DNA from: Candidatus Nanohaloarchaea archaeon
GTDB lineage: Archaea > Nanohalarchaeota > Nanosalinia > Nanosalinales > Nanosalinaceae
NCBI GenBank assembly: GCA_041640035.1
Contig: JBEQBC010000001.1
Location: 192,001 to 256,000 of the forward strand
Direction: 5' to 3'
DNA: 64,000 nucleotides
In this document: positions 1-9,643 of the stretch, one piece after another
Layout: every line of letters begins with the position of its first letter
Position numbering within the stretch: position 1 is the first letter of the stretch
Position numbers and translations under genes: made by a program
The notes under the pieces: generated by a model
Seen by the model: only the letters and a program-made list of their open reading frames with translations
What the model was told of the DNA's origin: nothing
Database searches by the model: none

Positions 1-1170
1 GGCGAAGGTACAGCCAAGTATGTATCCACGGAAGGCGACTACAAAGGAATAATCACACACGACTACCAATCACTCTACAACGCCATGAAAAAATACGACG
101 GCGGAGACAATGTAAAAGCCTGCGAATACTGCGAACAGGAATCAACATGGCTTGACAAAAACATGTCCGCAACACAGGCATACGCCAACAACTCATCAGA
201 CAGCAAAGACGGATACGAAAACGCATGGGTAACAGACAACATGGGAGCAGGAAACGAAAGAAACATCGCCAACTCAACAGGCTTCCTCGCAGACGGAGAC
301 AAAAACCCACAAGACGGTACTGTATTCCCAGGAGGATACGCAGGAAACTGCCAAGGAATCCTAATGTGGCAATTGTCCGATTCGGGAGAGGAGTGGGAAT
401 GTAGTAGTAATGTTAACCCTACTCAGGAAATCTTCTTGCCAACATTCGATTTCCCATCCGATGAACAGGAAATGGTGAGAGTAGGATTCCACATAATGCC
501 TCAACTCTTCAATACCAGTACAAGAGCGTTGGAGAGCGAATTACCATTCTCTTTCTCTCAAACAACCAGAAGATCTCTTCCTGAAGTTCAGAAACTCGAC
601 AGGTTGAACGCTGTTTGTTGGTGGGGAGATGCGAATAGGTATTCTGAACTAAAATATGAGAATGTTGGTCAGACATGGTTCACGGTAGTATACCGTGATC
701 TTCCGGAGAGTCCGGAGAATCCTATCCCTGTTCACGGAGTTATGAATGCGAGTAAGAGAGCAGATTATGGTGGTGGACCAAGCTGTAGATGGAGTTACGC
801 GGCATCGCCCGCAGTTAGGTTTGCAGATGAGGGATTAACTCATGATCCTTATGTCCTTTCAGGTACGGTGACTAATATCGCCTCAAATGCACAGAGTTTA
901 GTTGATGAGAGGAATTATACTGCCAGCAGTATCAACCTTCAGGAGGATTACACAAGTCCGATGAACTCAAATGATTTCAGAGATGTTTCATTTGAGTGGC
1001 AGAATGAAGCAGGTTATACGAGATATGATTCAGCTTCTGATGATGATGCCTACCTGGACTGTGTTCCGAACAACAAGTACTTCAAAGATCCATTAGGTAC
1101 GGACGCGCCAGGAGGTTGTATGTACTTGGATTTCATTCAGTGGCAGGCCTACGAGTACCGTCTATTCTAA
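1..1170 (+). CDS. Large acidic Cys-containing extracellular/surface protein, 5'-partial
   Basis: Frame is open from base 1 (GEGTAKYVST...) through the 85..1170 ORF; D/N/S/G/W/C-rich like the neighbouring secreted proteins. Confidence 0.6.
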   Translation, partial: GEGTAKYVSTEGDYKGIITHDYQSLYNAMKKYDGGDNVKACEYCEQESTWLDKNMSATQAYANNSSDSKDGYENAWVTDNMGAGNERNIANSTGFLADGDKNPQDGTVFPGGYAGNCQGILMWQLSDSGEEWECSSNVNPTQEIFLPTFDFPSDEQEMVRVGFHIMPQLFNTSTRALESELPFSFSQTTRRSLPEVQKLDRLNAVCWWGDANRYSELKYENVGQTWFTVVYRDLPESPENPIPVHGVMNASKRADYGGGPSCRWSYAASPAVRFADEGLTHDPYVLSGTVTNIASNAQSLVDERNYTASSINLQEDYTSPMNSNDFRDVSFEWQNEAGYTRYDSASDDDAYLDCVPNNKYFKDPLGTDAPGGCMYLDFIQWQAYEYRLF

Positions 1171-1198
1171 CATTTTTTCTTATCTTTAGAACTTCGAT

Positions 1199-2593
1199 TT
1201 AAATTTCTTCTAGCTGGTCGTAGACTTCGCCGAAGTTGTCGTACTCGTGGCTCTGATCAGTTCTAACCTCATCTACAATTTCTTCATCTTCTACTTCGTA
1301 GAATGCGAAGCCACCGCCGAAGTACTCATCATAACTATCATCTCCAGGTTCTACTGTATCTATTACGCCATTTAAATCTTCATTCTGTAAGTATTGTCCT
1401 ATAGCGAAGTTTGCCAGATCTTGTATATCGCTGAAATCTGCATTCACTCCTGATTTATTGTAATCTAGGAGTGTTCGAGTTAACTGCTCAGTAGCTCCAG
1501 TAGTCATCGTTACATTGTGAACTGGACCGTCATTCATTTCTAAGGCGTCTATATTAAAGTCATTATATGTATCTGTAGCTACGCTGTAAATCATCTCAAC
1601 TGCCTGATTTTTTGCGTCTTCGAAGCTGATTCCTTCTCTGTCCCATTCATCTGTGTGGAAGAGTACTGGATGGTGGAAGTTTTCAGGGTTGCCTTGTGCG
1701 CCTCCATCGTCGTTGTTGATTACATTCCATTCCTGTATTTCTGAGTGGAACTGTCTTGATTCATCTAGCCATGCCCCTCCTACATTGAATGTTCTGACTT
1801 TATCGTCGTCTGGAGAGTACATCATTCCAGAGTTCTGTGCGCCATCACGCATCGGTACTCCCCATGCCAAGACATCGAAGTCGTGATGTCGCTGGTAGGC
1901 CTCTCTTATGGTTACTGCTTGTTCTTCCATAGAGAGATTTATTCCATAGCCGTTCATTGAGACTAACAGATTGTGACCTAAATCAAGAGAATCTTCTACT
2001 GTGTCTGCATTTAACCAGGCCTCTGAGTCATAGCTAGAAGGACTATCTACATCGTGTCTTAGAAAAGCACTTGTCTTCGCTTCCTCATACATAGAGTCAT
2101 CTACGAAAGCTTCTACGGCTTCTTCCATCGGCCCCGTATCGGGATCTGCGGCCATTATGTCGAAGTTGCTGTCTCTGTATAGTTTTAGTGCTTCAAAGTC
2201 TACTTCGTGGTCGTCTCGTTCACTTTCGGTAGAGAAATCGAATGCCGGGTGGTCTTGTACTACTCCGCCGATGCTTCCACTGATGTACTGGCTTAGTTCG
2301 TTACGCAGTGCGTCGTTCCTTCCTGGCTTCATGTCCCAGCGGTAGTTGTCGGGACGGTTCACATTCTGGTCGTCTTCTTCAGTATCTGTTTCTTCATCTT
2401 CGTCATCTGTCGGTGTTTCATCGTCTGTCGGTGTACCGTCTTGAGGTGTATCACTGGAAGTGTCTGGCGGTGTATCTGTACCGTTTCCTGTGGGTGTTCC
2501 GTCTTCTCCGTCGCCTGAACATCCTGCTCCAAGAACTGTTGCTCCGAGTGTTCCAGCGCCTTGAAGGAATCTTCGTCTGCTGATATCTTCCAT
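1199..2593 (-). CDS. Tat-signal lipoprotein, haloarchaeal-like
   Basis: SRRRFL twin-arginine motif, hydrophobic stretch, lipobox GAGC, D/T/P-rich linker. Confidence 0.75.
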   Translation of the reverse strand: MEDISRRRFLQGAGTLGATVLGAGCSGDGEDGTPTGNGTDTPPDTSSDTPQDGTPTDDETPTDDEDEETDTEEDDQNVNRPDNYRWDMKPGRNDALRNELSQYISGSIGGVVQDHPAFDFSTESERDDHEVDFEALKLYRDSNFDIMAADPDTGPMEEAVEAFVDDSMYEEAKTSAFLRHDVDSPSSYDSEAWLNADTVEDSLDLGHNLLVSMNGYGINLSMEEQAVTIREAYQRHHDFDVLAWGVPMRDGAQNSGMMYSPDDDKVRTFNVGGAWLDESRQFHSEIQEWNVINNDDGGAQGNPENFHHPVLFHTDEWDREGISFEDAKNQAVEMIYSVATDTYNDFNIDALEMNDGPVHNVTMTTGATEQLTRTLLDYNKSGVNADFSDIQDLANFAIGQYLQNEDLNGVIDTVEPGDDSYDEYFGGGFAFYEVEDEEIVDEVRTDQSHEYDNFGEVYDQLEEI

Positions 2594-2711
2594 AATAAAA
2601 TTACACCAGTGTTACCTTGTAGTGATTAATTACTCACAGTGATTTAAATATTTTGTTGATTTCAACGGGTGAAGGCCACATTATTTATTTAGGGTACGAA
2701 CAGAGTAAGTT

Positions 2712-5645
2712 ATGCGTAAGAAGTTATCCATAATTGTATCTTTGCTACTTTTGACCTCGGTTCCAGTTCTTGCGTATGAATATGGTGGTTCAACTGATGT
2801 ACCTGAACAACCTGCGAATACGGATCAGTTCTCATATGATCTAGGAGCAGGATATACATTTTCAGGTGGCGTACCGGATGAAAGTGGTAGAGCTGCATTC
2901 TTTGGATCAAGGACAATACAAGTAAACGAATCAGGAACATATGAATACCCTGACTTAGAGGACAGTGAAGACTCCATTCTAGAAAGATATATTACGAATG
3001 AAGGAAGTAACCAGTGGGGCAAAGGCACTATTGAATCAACAGTTATACAAGTAGATGACGCCATAGTTAGGTCAAACCGAGACGGAATACCATATCTCGT
3101 AGACCCTCCGCATCCAGAAGCAAATCAGCCAGAAAATCGGTGCGGTGACGCAATCACAAGCGGTATGAACGATGAAAGAACATGTCCAGAAGACCACGGT
3201 CTTCCCTCAGATGATAACGACGATAGTACTACTGCAGATGTAGCCAACACCGTTACCAATACTTTCAACGATGTAGTCGGCGAATATGGAGTGAACGAAA
3301 TAGGATCTGTAAGTAATGTTGGAGATAGTGGAGATGATACTAATGATTATATCAGTTATGACCCAGATTTAGTTGGAGATATTGCGTTTTGGGCCGAAGA
3401 ACACGATGATGACGAAGATCCAGATATTACTGGACCGAACCAAGGCTCAGATACTGTTGTTTACGAGGATCAAGATTGGGAGGAGACGCCAGATTATTTC
3501 TTGAAAGATGGTGGAACCGAAATCTGGATGATCTATGTAGAAAAAGACGGTACGAAACATATAGCTGATCAATCTACTAAAGACTACACCTACGGCTATT
3601 CCTACACCGATTACAAATACGAGGGAACGGTATCAGATGACTCATGTTCTGCGCCTGGAGGCTGGAGCTGTGATATGAAGGATATTAATAAGCCATGCTG
3701 GTCAACGAACGATAATAAAATAACTCATCATACCCTGACCACAGACACTGAAAAATATACTGCAGAAGGGCCAGAGCGCTTTGAGACATCAGAGGGTAGT
3801 GATCACGGAAGTACTTACGGAGTGGATGAACACACTCCCAGTGACTTCTCATTTGATGTTGATGTTAAATACAACGATGGTTCGACCACTGAAAAAAAGG
3901 ATGCTCACGATTGTACTGACGAAAATAAAAATGTCAAGGAATATACAGGATGTACCAATACAAGTTGGTCCACGCCTGACAGCCCTCAGTGCGATGTATC
4001 ATACGGCATGGCGGATTGGTACAAAGATGACTCTTCCTCCGAAGATTATAACGGACCTCTGCCTGGAAAGTGGAATGATGGGACGGAAAACCACGAGTGG
4101 ACCTATGAATACCAAGACTTAGATTTCAGAACTGAGAAAATCTGGGATATTAATCCGGCTGAGAATCCTTCTGGTAATCCTCTTCCTTCTCATTACGCGA
4201 TGTTTAGAGATACAGACTTCAAGACCAATGAGGGTTCTGCATATAATGTAGACCAAAGCAGCAGAGATAAAATAAATGTTCATAGCCATTCTGATGGAAG
4301 AGCTTACTGGTCTTTCGATGTGGATCCAGGTTCTGAAGGTTTCTCGAATGACCACGCAGTCAGTCTATCTCGATTTAAGATGGATGTAGAAAGAGGTAGT
4401 CAGGACTTCTATATTACGAGAGATTACCATGAATCATACGACCCAGATGGACCTTACGGTGAATCAGACGGCTATATTGCAATCGAACATGATGTAATTA
4501 ATGAAGGACAGTACAATGAGCAAAAAAGTAGCTCCAGGCAAATTGTAGGTACAACCTCACTTTTCATGCAGAGAGAATCTGGTCTAAGCGATAGTGCCAG
4601 CAACATACAGTTTACAGACTTCGTAGACACAGGAGACATAAATGTGCCTGCATGTCCTTGGGAGGAGACGAAGTGCGTTGCAGCAGTTGACATAAGCATG
4701 AAGGATCTGAAGAATTGGGGAAGCATCAACCCGACAGATGGAATAAGACTAGATGTAAGCGAAACATACGCAGCAAATGAATCAATGAGTGTCTGCAAAA
4801 TGTATCAGCAAATCAGTGGTAGCGGAGACTTGAATCTAGGTTCTTCCGATAATCAACAATGTGATTTCGAAGAAGGAGACTATACAAGCTGTACTGGTTG
4901 TGGAAGTGAAGATCCTCCTGAACCTCCTCCGCCTCCACCTTGTGGTTCTCCAGGAGAGAGATGGCATACCATGGAAGGGCCTGAAGTTAATGAAGATGCT
5001 TTCACATCTACGAATGAGCAGGAAGTCGTAGATGACTACGAAGAGTGCGTTCAGCATTCTCAGTGTGTATACAAGGGTTCTCCTGTAGATGAAGGGTATG
5101 TCGCAAATGTTGCAAGTGACACACAGTCAGGTTACGAAGTCGGAGGAGGGTCTAACGACTGGGAAGTCTGCCTGAATATTCATCATACCGATAAATACCC
5201 TGATGCTGATAACGGATATCACAGTAAAGGAGCACATGAATTCGGCGGACAGTGGTACGACCTTGATGATGACCGAGTAGATTACTACCTCCGACCAAGC
5301 AATGATAACGGCGGAAACGGTGGAGAAGATGACTACGATGGAGCAGGTCACCGCCTGATTTCACAGGCCACGGAAAGTGAACAGGAGAATCCTAACCATA
5401 TCTCCTATTACTACAGAAGAAATCCAAATCCAGAGCATCCAGATTGGAATCCAAGAGGATACACCGGTTCAGGATCTAACAAGAATTACTACTATGGTTT
5501 CAATATAGAAGATGACTGCGATTCAGACCTGAGTGGCTGTGATGACTCTGGTGTGCAGACGAACTTCTTCTACTCCTTCATCTGGGAAAATCAGGGAATG
5601 CGCGTTGAAGACTACGATCATGTGAGGTCGCCACCGGTATCATGA
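2712..5645 (+). CDS. Large secreted Cys-rich surface protein (977 aa)
   Basis: Sec signal MRKKLSIIVSLLLLTSVPVLA; many paired Cys; PPEPPPPPP linker; ATGA overlap with next gene. Confidence 0.7.
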   Translation: MRKKLSIIVSLLLLTSVPVLAYEYGGSTDVPEQPANTDQFSYDLGAGYTFSGGVPDESGRAAFFGSRTIQVNESGTYEYPDLEDSEDSILERYITNEGSNQWGKGTIESTVIQVDDAIVRSNRDGIPYLVDPPHPEANQPENRCGDAITSGMNDERTCPEDHGLPSDDNDDSTTADVANTVTNTFNDVVGEYGVNEIGSVSNVGDSGDDTNDYISYDPDLVGDIAFWAEEHDDDEDPDITGPNQGSDTVVYEDQDWEETPDYFLKDGGTEIWMIYVEKDGTKHIADQSTKDYTYGYSYTDYKYEGTVSDDSCSAPGGWSCDMKDINKPCWSTNDNKITHHTLTTDTEKYTAEGPERFETSEGSDHGSTYGVDEHTPSDFSFDVDVKYNDGSTTEKKDAHDCTDENKNVKEYTGCTNTSWSTPDSPQCDVSYGMADWYKDDSSSEDYNGPLPGKWNDGTENHEWTYEYQDLDFRTEKIWDINPAENPSGNPLPSHYAMFRDTDFKTNEGSAYNVDQSSRDKINVHSHSDGRAYWSFDVDPGSEGFSNDHAVSLSRFKMDVERGSQDFYITRDYHESYDPDGPYGESDGYIAIEHDVINEGQYNEQKSSSRQIVGTTSLFMQRESGLSDSASNIQFTDFVDTGDINVPACPWEETKCVAAVDISMKDLKNWGSINPTDGIRLDVSETYAANESMSVCKMYQQISGSGDLNLGSSDNQQCDFEEGDYTSCTGCGSEDPPEPPPPPPCGSPGERWHTMEGPEVNEDAFTSTNEQEVVDDYEECVQHSQCVYKGSPVDEGYVANVASDTQSGYEVGGGSNDWEVCLNIHHTDKYPDADNGYHSKGAHEFGGQWYDLDDDRVDYYLRPSNDNGGNGGEDDYDGAGHRLISQATESEQENPNHISYYYRRNPNPEHPDWNPRGYTGSGSNKNYYYGFNIEDDCDSDLSGCDDSGVQTNFFYSFIWENQGMRVEDYDHVRSPPVS

Positions 5646-8600
5646 AGAAGTATGTAATACTTTCAGCCCTTTTTCTTTTCTCTCTGTCGGCGGCGTCAGC
5701 CCAGGGTATAGAGGTAGAAACAGGGTACTTCATGGCCGATGGTACCGGAACCCAGACCGTTGATGTAGGATTCGAGCCAGAGATGGTAGAGTTTACAGCC
5801 AATCAGAAAATAAATTCAATAAACAGAGACTTTGCAACCACAACTAACTCTAACTGTCCTCAGAATGTCAACGGATGGTCTGAAGGAACAGCAGTATTCG
5901 ACTCTAACGGTTTGCAGAAACAGATGGCAATCGGAAGCTTCCGTAACTCCGACAGCACCAACCAGCACAGAGTAGCTTCCTCACAGAGCGATATAATCAA
6001 GAACATCTACACTGACAGAAACGGGAACGAATGTGGAAAATTGGAGATCACATTGAATCAGCAGACCTCAAACGGCTTTGAAATTGATATCCAGAACAAA
6101 TACAACCAATGGGACGATGTAGTTATGTACCGCGCCTACAACATCCCGAGCAATATCGAATACGATGCAGGACTGGACATGGTAAGTTCTACAGGTCAAA
6201 AAGATGTGGACGATCTAGGGTTCGAACCATACTACCTGAAAATCAGGAACGCCCAACTACTCCAAAGCTACAATACAAATGTTAACAAGGGAGGAAGTTA
6301 TATTGGTCGTTCACAGGGCTACGGACTGATCAAAAACGATGGCAGCATCGAACAGTACTCAATGGGATACGGAGCAAACTCCCACTCTACAAATGCTCAC
6401 CACTCATACTCAAGCGATGTCAATATAATCCGGAATAAATACAGCGGCCAGAACGGAGCTGATGACGGATCAACCAAGGCCTCACTTGAATCCGGTCTCA
6501 ACAATGGTTTCAGGCTTAATGTAGGAAGCAATCAACACAATGAAGTGTTTATGTACAGAGCCTTCGGTTCAGGTAACTACCGCGTTGAACTAGGTCATAG
6601 AACCATCAGTTCGACAGGCAACAAAGTCCTAGACTTCGGATTCACTCCAGATCACATATCTCTACACAGCGGTCAGAGAATAAGCGGAATGAACCAAGTC
6701 TACAACTCACCCACGAACAGCGGTTGTTCCAACGGCTACGGCTGGATGGACGGCTGGATGGATGTAGCGGACGGAGACCAGTACGCGATCGGAACTGGTA
6801 GAAGCTCCGACTCAATGAACGCCGACCATGTATTCGCAAGCAACTCACAGATGCTGATGAATGTATACACAGGTCAGAACTCAGGAGAATGTGGGCAGCT
6901 AACAGGATCTGTGACCTCGATAGTAGACGGACAGGGAGCAGAACTCGATGTTAACAATATTTATGTAAACGAGATGCTTCTGTTCAACGCTTGGGATCTA
7001 TCGGTAGTCGACTCAGATCCACAATTCTCTGGAGATAGATATGTAGCGGATGAAACCGAAAAAGGAGATGGAGCAACGATTTATACTGGTTCACCGGAGT
7101 TCGGTATAGATGTTAACCATCCCGACGATGTAGAAGTTACGGTAGAATTCCTCGCTGGTGATGGCAGCAGTTTCGCCACAGATTATGTTGATGAGAGCGG
7201 CGAAGCAACAGCGACATGGTCTGGTCTTCAGAACGGTGAAACATATGAATGGGAGGTCAGAGCCTGTGATAACTACGGTAACTGCCAGACTTCAAGCACA
7301 TGGACATTTACAGTAGACTATAATGACCAGCTAGGTAGAAGAGATGATGACTACCATCCACAGGGAGCTAATGTCTCACAGGATAGCCCATTCTTCACAG
7401 GCTATATCGACAGGATAATGGATAACTCTTCACAGCTTGAACCAGGAATGGAATCAACTTTCTACGATATGAGCGATCCAACAGCAGATCCTGATAAGTA
7501 CCACAGAGATTATGCGTTTATCGCTGATGCAGAGGAGGCAAAATGGTTCGATTCACAGGGAACAACAGATCGTTCAGATAGATGGAGTATTTCAGACGAT
7601 GTATCGGAGAGTATAGGTAATACTGGTAAGGCGTGGGACTCAGGAGGGACATACTATCATCCAGGTTACTCAGGAACGGAAAGAGATGAGGCTAATGATC
7701 CTACTATTCCGAAGCCAGCAAAGGTATTCGCTAACTCTTACGCAGCTGTAGCAACCTCAGAACTAGAGGCAGATAGCTCAGGAATAAGAGAAGGATTCGG
7801 CGTGTGGATAGATCCTGATAACATCAAGAAGTTTGACGAATACTACGAAAACTCCTGGGAACAGAAAGTTCAGTTTGGAATTGATCTCACCGGTCCCGAC
7901 GCAGGCGTAGGATTTGATTCGATGTCTTACGGCGGAAACTCGTTAAACGACTTTGAATACCGTTACAATGAAGATACAGAAGTAATTGGAGATATATACT
8001 GGCAGAATGAGTACAGAGGAATGAGTGAGGTACCTGGTGAACTTCAGCAATCAATGTGTGGAGACGACGGTACAGAATACCTAGTAGAAGAAGTAGGAGA
8101 AATTAATAACTCTGCAAGATATGCCGGAAATTACGCCTGCGCAACCACCAATGATGTATGTTATCATAGCAAGGTAAGCGGTAGAAAACTGTTTAGCACT
8201 GGTCAGTACCTTGACACAGGAGATGCCTCAGAGTACGAGGGAAGAGCCAAGAATGATAGAGAAAACTGCAGACAGTACGACTGGGATGAGGGACGGTTCT
8301 CAAGTATACAGGCAGACCTCTTCCCCGGATGGTACGACCAGGACTTCAAACAACAGTACTGCAGTGAAAACACAATATTCGGAAATGGAGGAGTAAGATG
8401 GTTCGACTCGTCCTATGTAAGCGAGAACCCTCATGCGGTCACAGGAGGTATTGACGATGACTGGAACTCATATGTTTCAGGAAAGATAGGTTCTGTCTCT
8501 TCAGTAGATCCTTACACCTCCCGGCCTGATCAGGAAAGCTGGGTCGGAATGCAGACACCTGTACCAACAGGAAACGATGGTAACAATAACATAGCGACTC

Positions 8601-9391
8601 TAGGTTTCTGTGGAGGAGATGACTCGGCAGAATACCTCGTAACACAGGACTGTGTAGCGGGAGCATGCAGCACAAACAGAGATGTACAAGGAGTGTCCAA
8701 AGACCCTGACAACTGCGTAGCCGATGGAGAGGTCATCGCCTCGACTCAGCCTGATGTTAACAATGTAGATTACCAAGATGAGAACGGTAACTGGCAGGAC
8801 ATGGAAGGAACTGACGCCAGAAGAATAGTGCCGGAAGGAAGAAGTATTGAACTGAATTACGGTGGGGCGACAACCGAGCTTACATGCTTCGCAGGATCAT
8901 TCCTCTCAGAATGGCCGGTAATCTTCCAGGAAGACACAGTATCAGTACCTTACGGCGAAACATCTACAGTCACCTTCAGACTAGTAAACCCTGACGAAGA
9001 AGCAGTCGAATACGAAGTCGATCTTATAACTCAGACTGACTCCTCAGTGACAGGAGCGGGACTCGAAAGCTTCACATCTCTGGTAGATCAGGACGGACAG
9101 ACAACATTCAATACAGAAGTTCCTGCCAGAAGCGGAAAAGCTTACCAAGTAGAGATCAGAGGAGGAAATCAGCAGATAGACGACCCAACCGATAATAAAG
9201 TCGAGATCAGGGCAGAAAGCACAGACGGCAGGATCACAGGAAGCGACTCAGTAGGTGTACAGGTAGTAGAAACCGAAACAACAGGAGCCGGTCAACAGGG
9301 AACATCGCCTGATGCAATTCCGGGAATAATGCCTCTACAAGTTCTGATGATGATCATGTTTGCCGCAGCAACAGTATTCTTCTGGTCCTAA
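5642..9391 (+). CDS. Large secreted surface protein with three N-terminal repeats, Fn3-like module and PGF-CTERM-like anchor (1249 aa)
   Basis: Signal peptide; WSGLQNGETYEWEVRACD Fn3-like motif; C-terminal IPG plus TM helix. Confidence 0.7.
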   Translation: MKKYVILSALFLFSLSAASAQGIEVETGYFMADGTGTQTVDVGFEPEMVEFTANQKINSINRDFATTTNSNCPQNVNGWSEGTAVFDSNGLQKQMAIGSFRNSDSTNQHRVASSQSDIIKNIYTDRNGNECGKLEITLNQQTSNGFEIDIQNKYNQWDDVVMYRAYNIPSNIEYDAGLDMVSSTGQKDVDDLGFEPYYLKIRNAQLLQSYNTNVNKGGSYIGRSQGYGLIKNDGSIEQYSMGYGANSHSTNAHHSYSSDVNIIRNKYSGQNGADDGSTKASLESGLNNGFRLNVGSNQHNEVFMYRAFGSGNYRVELGHRTISSTGNKVLDFGFTPDHISLHSGQRISGMNQVYNSPTNSGCSNGYGWMDGWMDVADGDQYAIGTGRSSDSMNADHVFASNSQMLMNVYTGQNSGECGQLTGSVTSIVDGQGAELDVNNIYVNEMLLFNAWDLSVVDSDPQFSGDRYVADETEKGDGATIYTGSPEFGIDVNHPDDVEVTVEFLAGDGSSFATDYVDESGEATATWSGLQNGETYEWEVRACDNYGNCQTSSTWTFTVDYNDQLGRRDDDYHPQGANVSQDSPFFTGYIDRIMDNSSQLEPGMESTFYDMSDPTADPDKYHRDYAFIADAEEAKWFDSQGTTDRSDRWSISDDVSESIGNTGKAWDSGGTYYHPGYSGTERDEANDPTIPKPAKVFANSYAAVATSELEADSSGIREGFGVWIDPDNIKKFDEYYENSWEQKVQFGIDLTGPDAGVGFDSMSYGGNSLNDFEYRYNEDTEVIGDIYWQNEYRGMSEVPGELQQSMCGDDGTEYLVEEVGEINNSARYAGNYACATTNDVCYHSKVSGRKLFSTGQYLDTGDASEYEGRAKNDRENCRQYDWDEGRFSSIQADLFPGWYDQDFKQQYCSENTIFGNGGVRWFDSSYVSENPHAVTGGIDDDWNSYVSGKIGSVSSVDPYTSRPDQESWVGMQTPVPTGNDGNNNIATLGFCGGDDSAEYLVTQDCVAGACSTNRDVQGVSKDPDNCVADGEVIASTQPDVNNVDYQDENGNWQDMEGTDARRIVPEGRSIELNYGGATTELTCFAGSFLSEWPVIFQEDTVSVPYGETSTVTFRLVNPDEEAVEYEVDLITQTDSSVTGAGLESFTSLVDQDGQTTFNTEVPARSGKAYQVEIRGGNQQIDDPTDNKVEIRAESTDGRITGSDSVGVQVVETETTGAGQQGTSPDAIPGIMPLQVLMMIMFAAATVFFWS

Positions 9392-9441
9392 AGGATGACC
9401 GGAAGAATTAAAAAATTCTCTTTTACCTTTCTACTATACAA

Positions 9442-9480
9442 ATGAACGGTGGCTGTGTCCCTCGGTTACAGAACTTCTGA
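9442..9480 (+). CDS. Putative leader peptide MNGGCVPRLQNF (first uORF of proS leader)
   Basis: ATG..TGA read by hand; GG-x-VP motif shared with next uORF; GGCTGTG/CACAGCC stem (9451-9497) followed by a T-run. Confidence 0.4.
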   Translation: MNGGCVPRLQNF

Positions 9481-9529
9481 AAAAGAGTTTCACAGCCGTT
9501 TTTCTACCCGAATTTTCGAGGTATTTTCT

Positions 9530-9577
9530 ATGAACTATTCAACGAAGGGTGGACGCGTTCCACTCACGACTAACTGA
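9530..9577 (+). CDS. Putative leader peptide MNYSTKGGRVPLTTN (second uORF of proS leader)
   Basis: SD-like GAGGT upstream; contains GGTGGACGCGTTC; 8-bp hairpin ACTGAGTC/GACTCAGT over the stop. Confidence 0.55.
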   Translation: MNYSTKGGRVPLTTN

Positions 9578-9643
9578 GTCAAAAACGGACTCAGTCAAAC
9601 AGGTTTCAAAATCTGAAATAAATTTCTCCGGCGGTGAGCTTCT

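Noticed and set aside
9545-9562. Canonical T-box riboswitch (AAGGGTGGACGCG resembles the T-box consensus)
   Set aside because: It lacks the UGGNACC bulge and a recognisable Stem I/specifier; kept only as an analogy.
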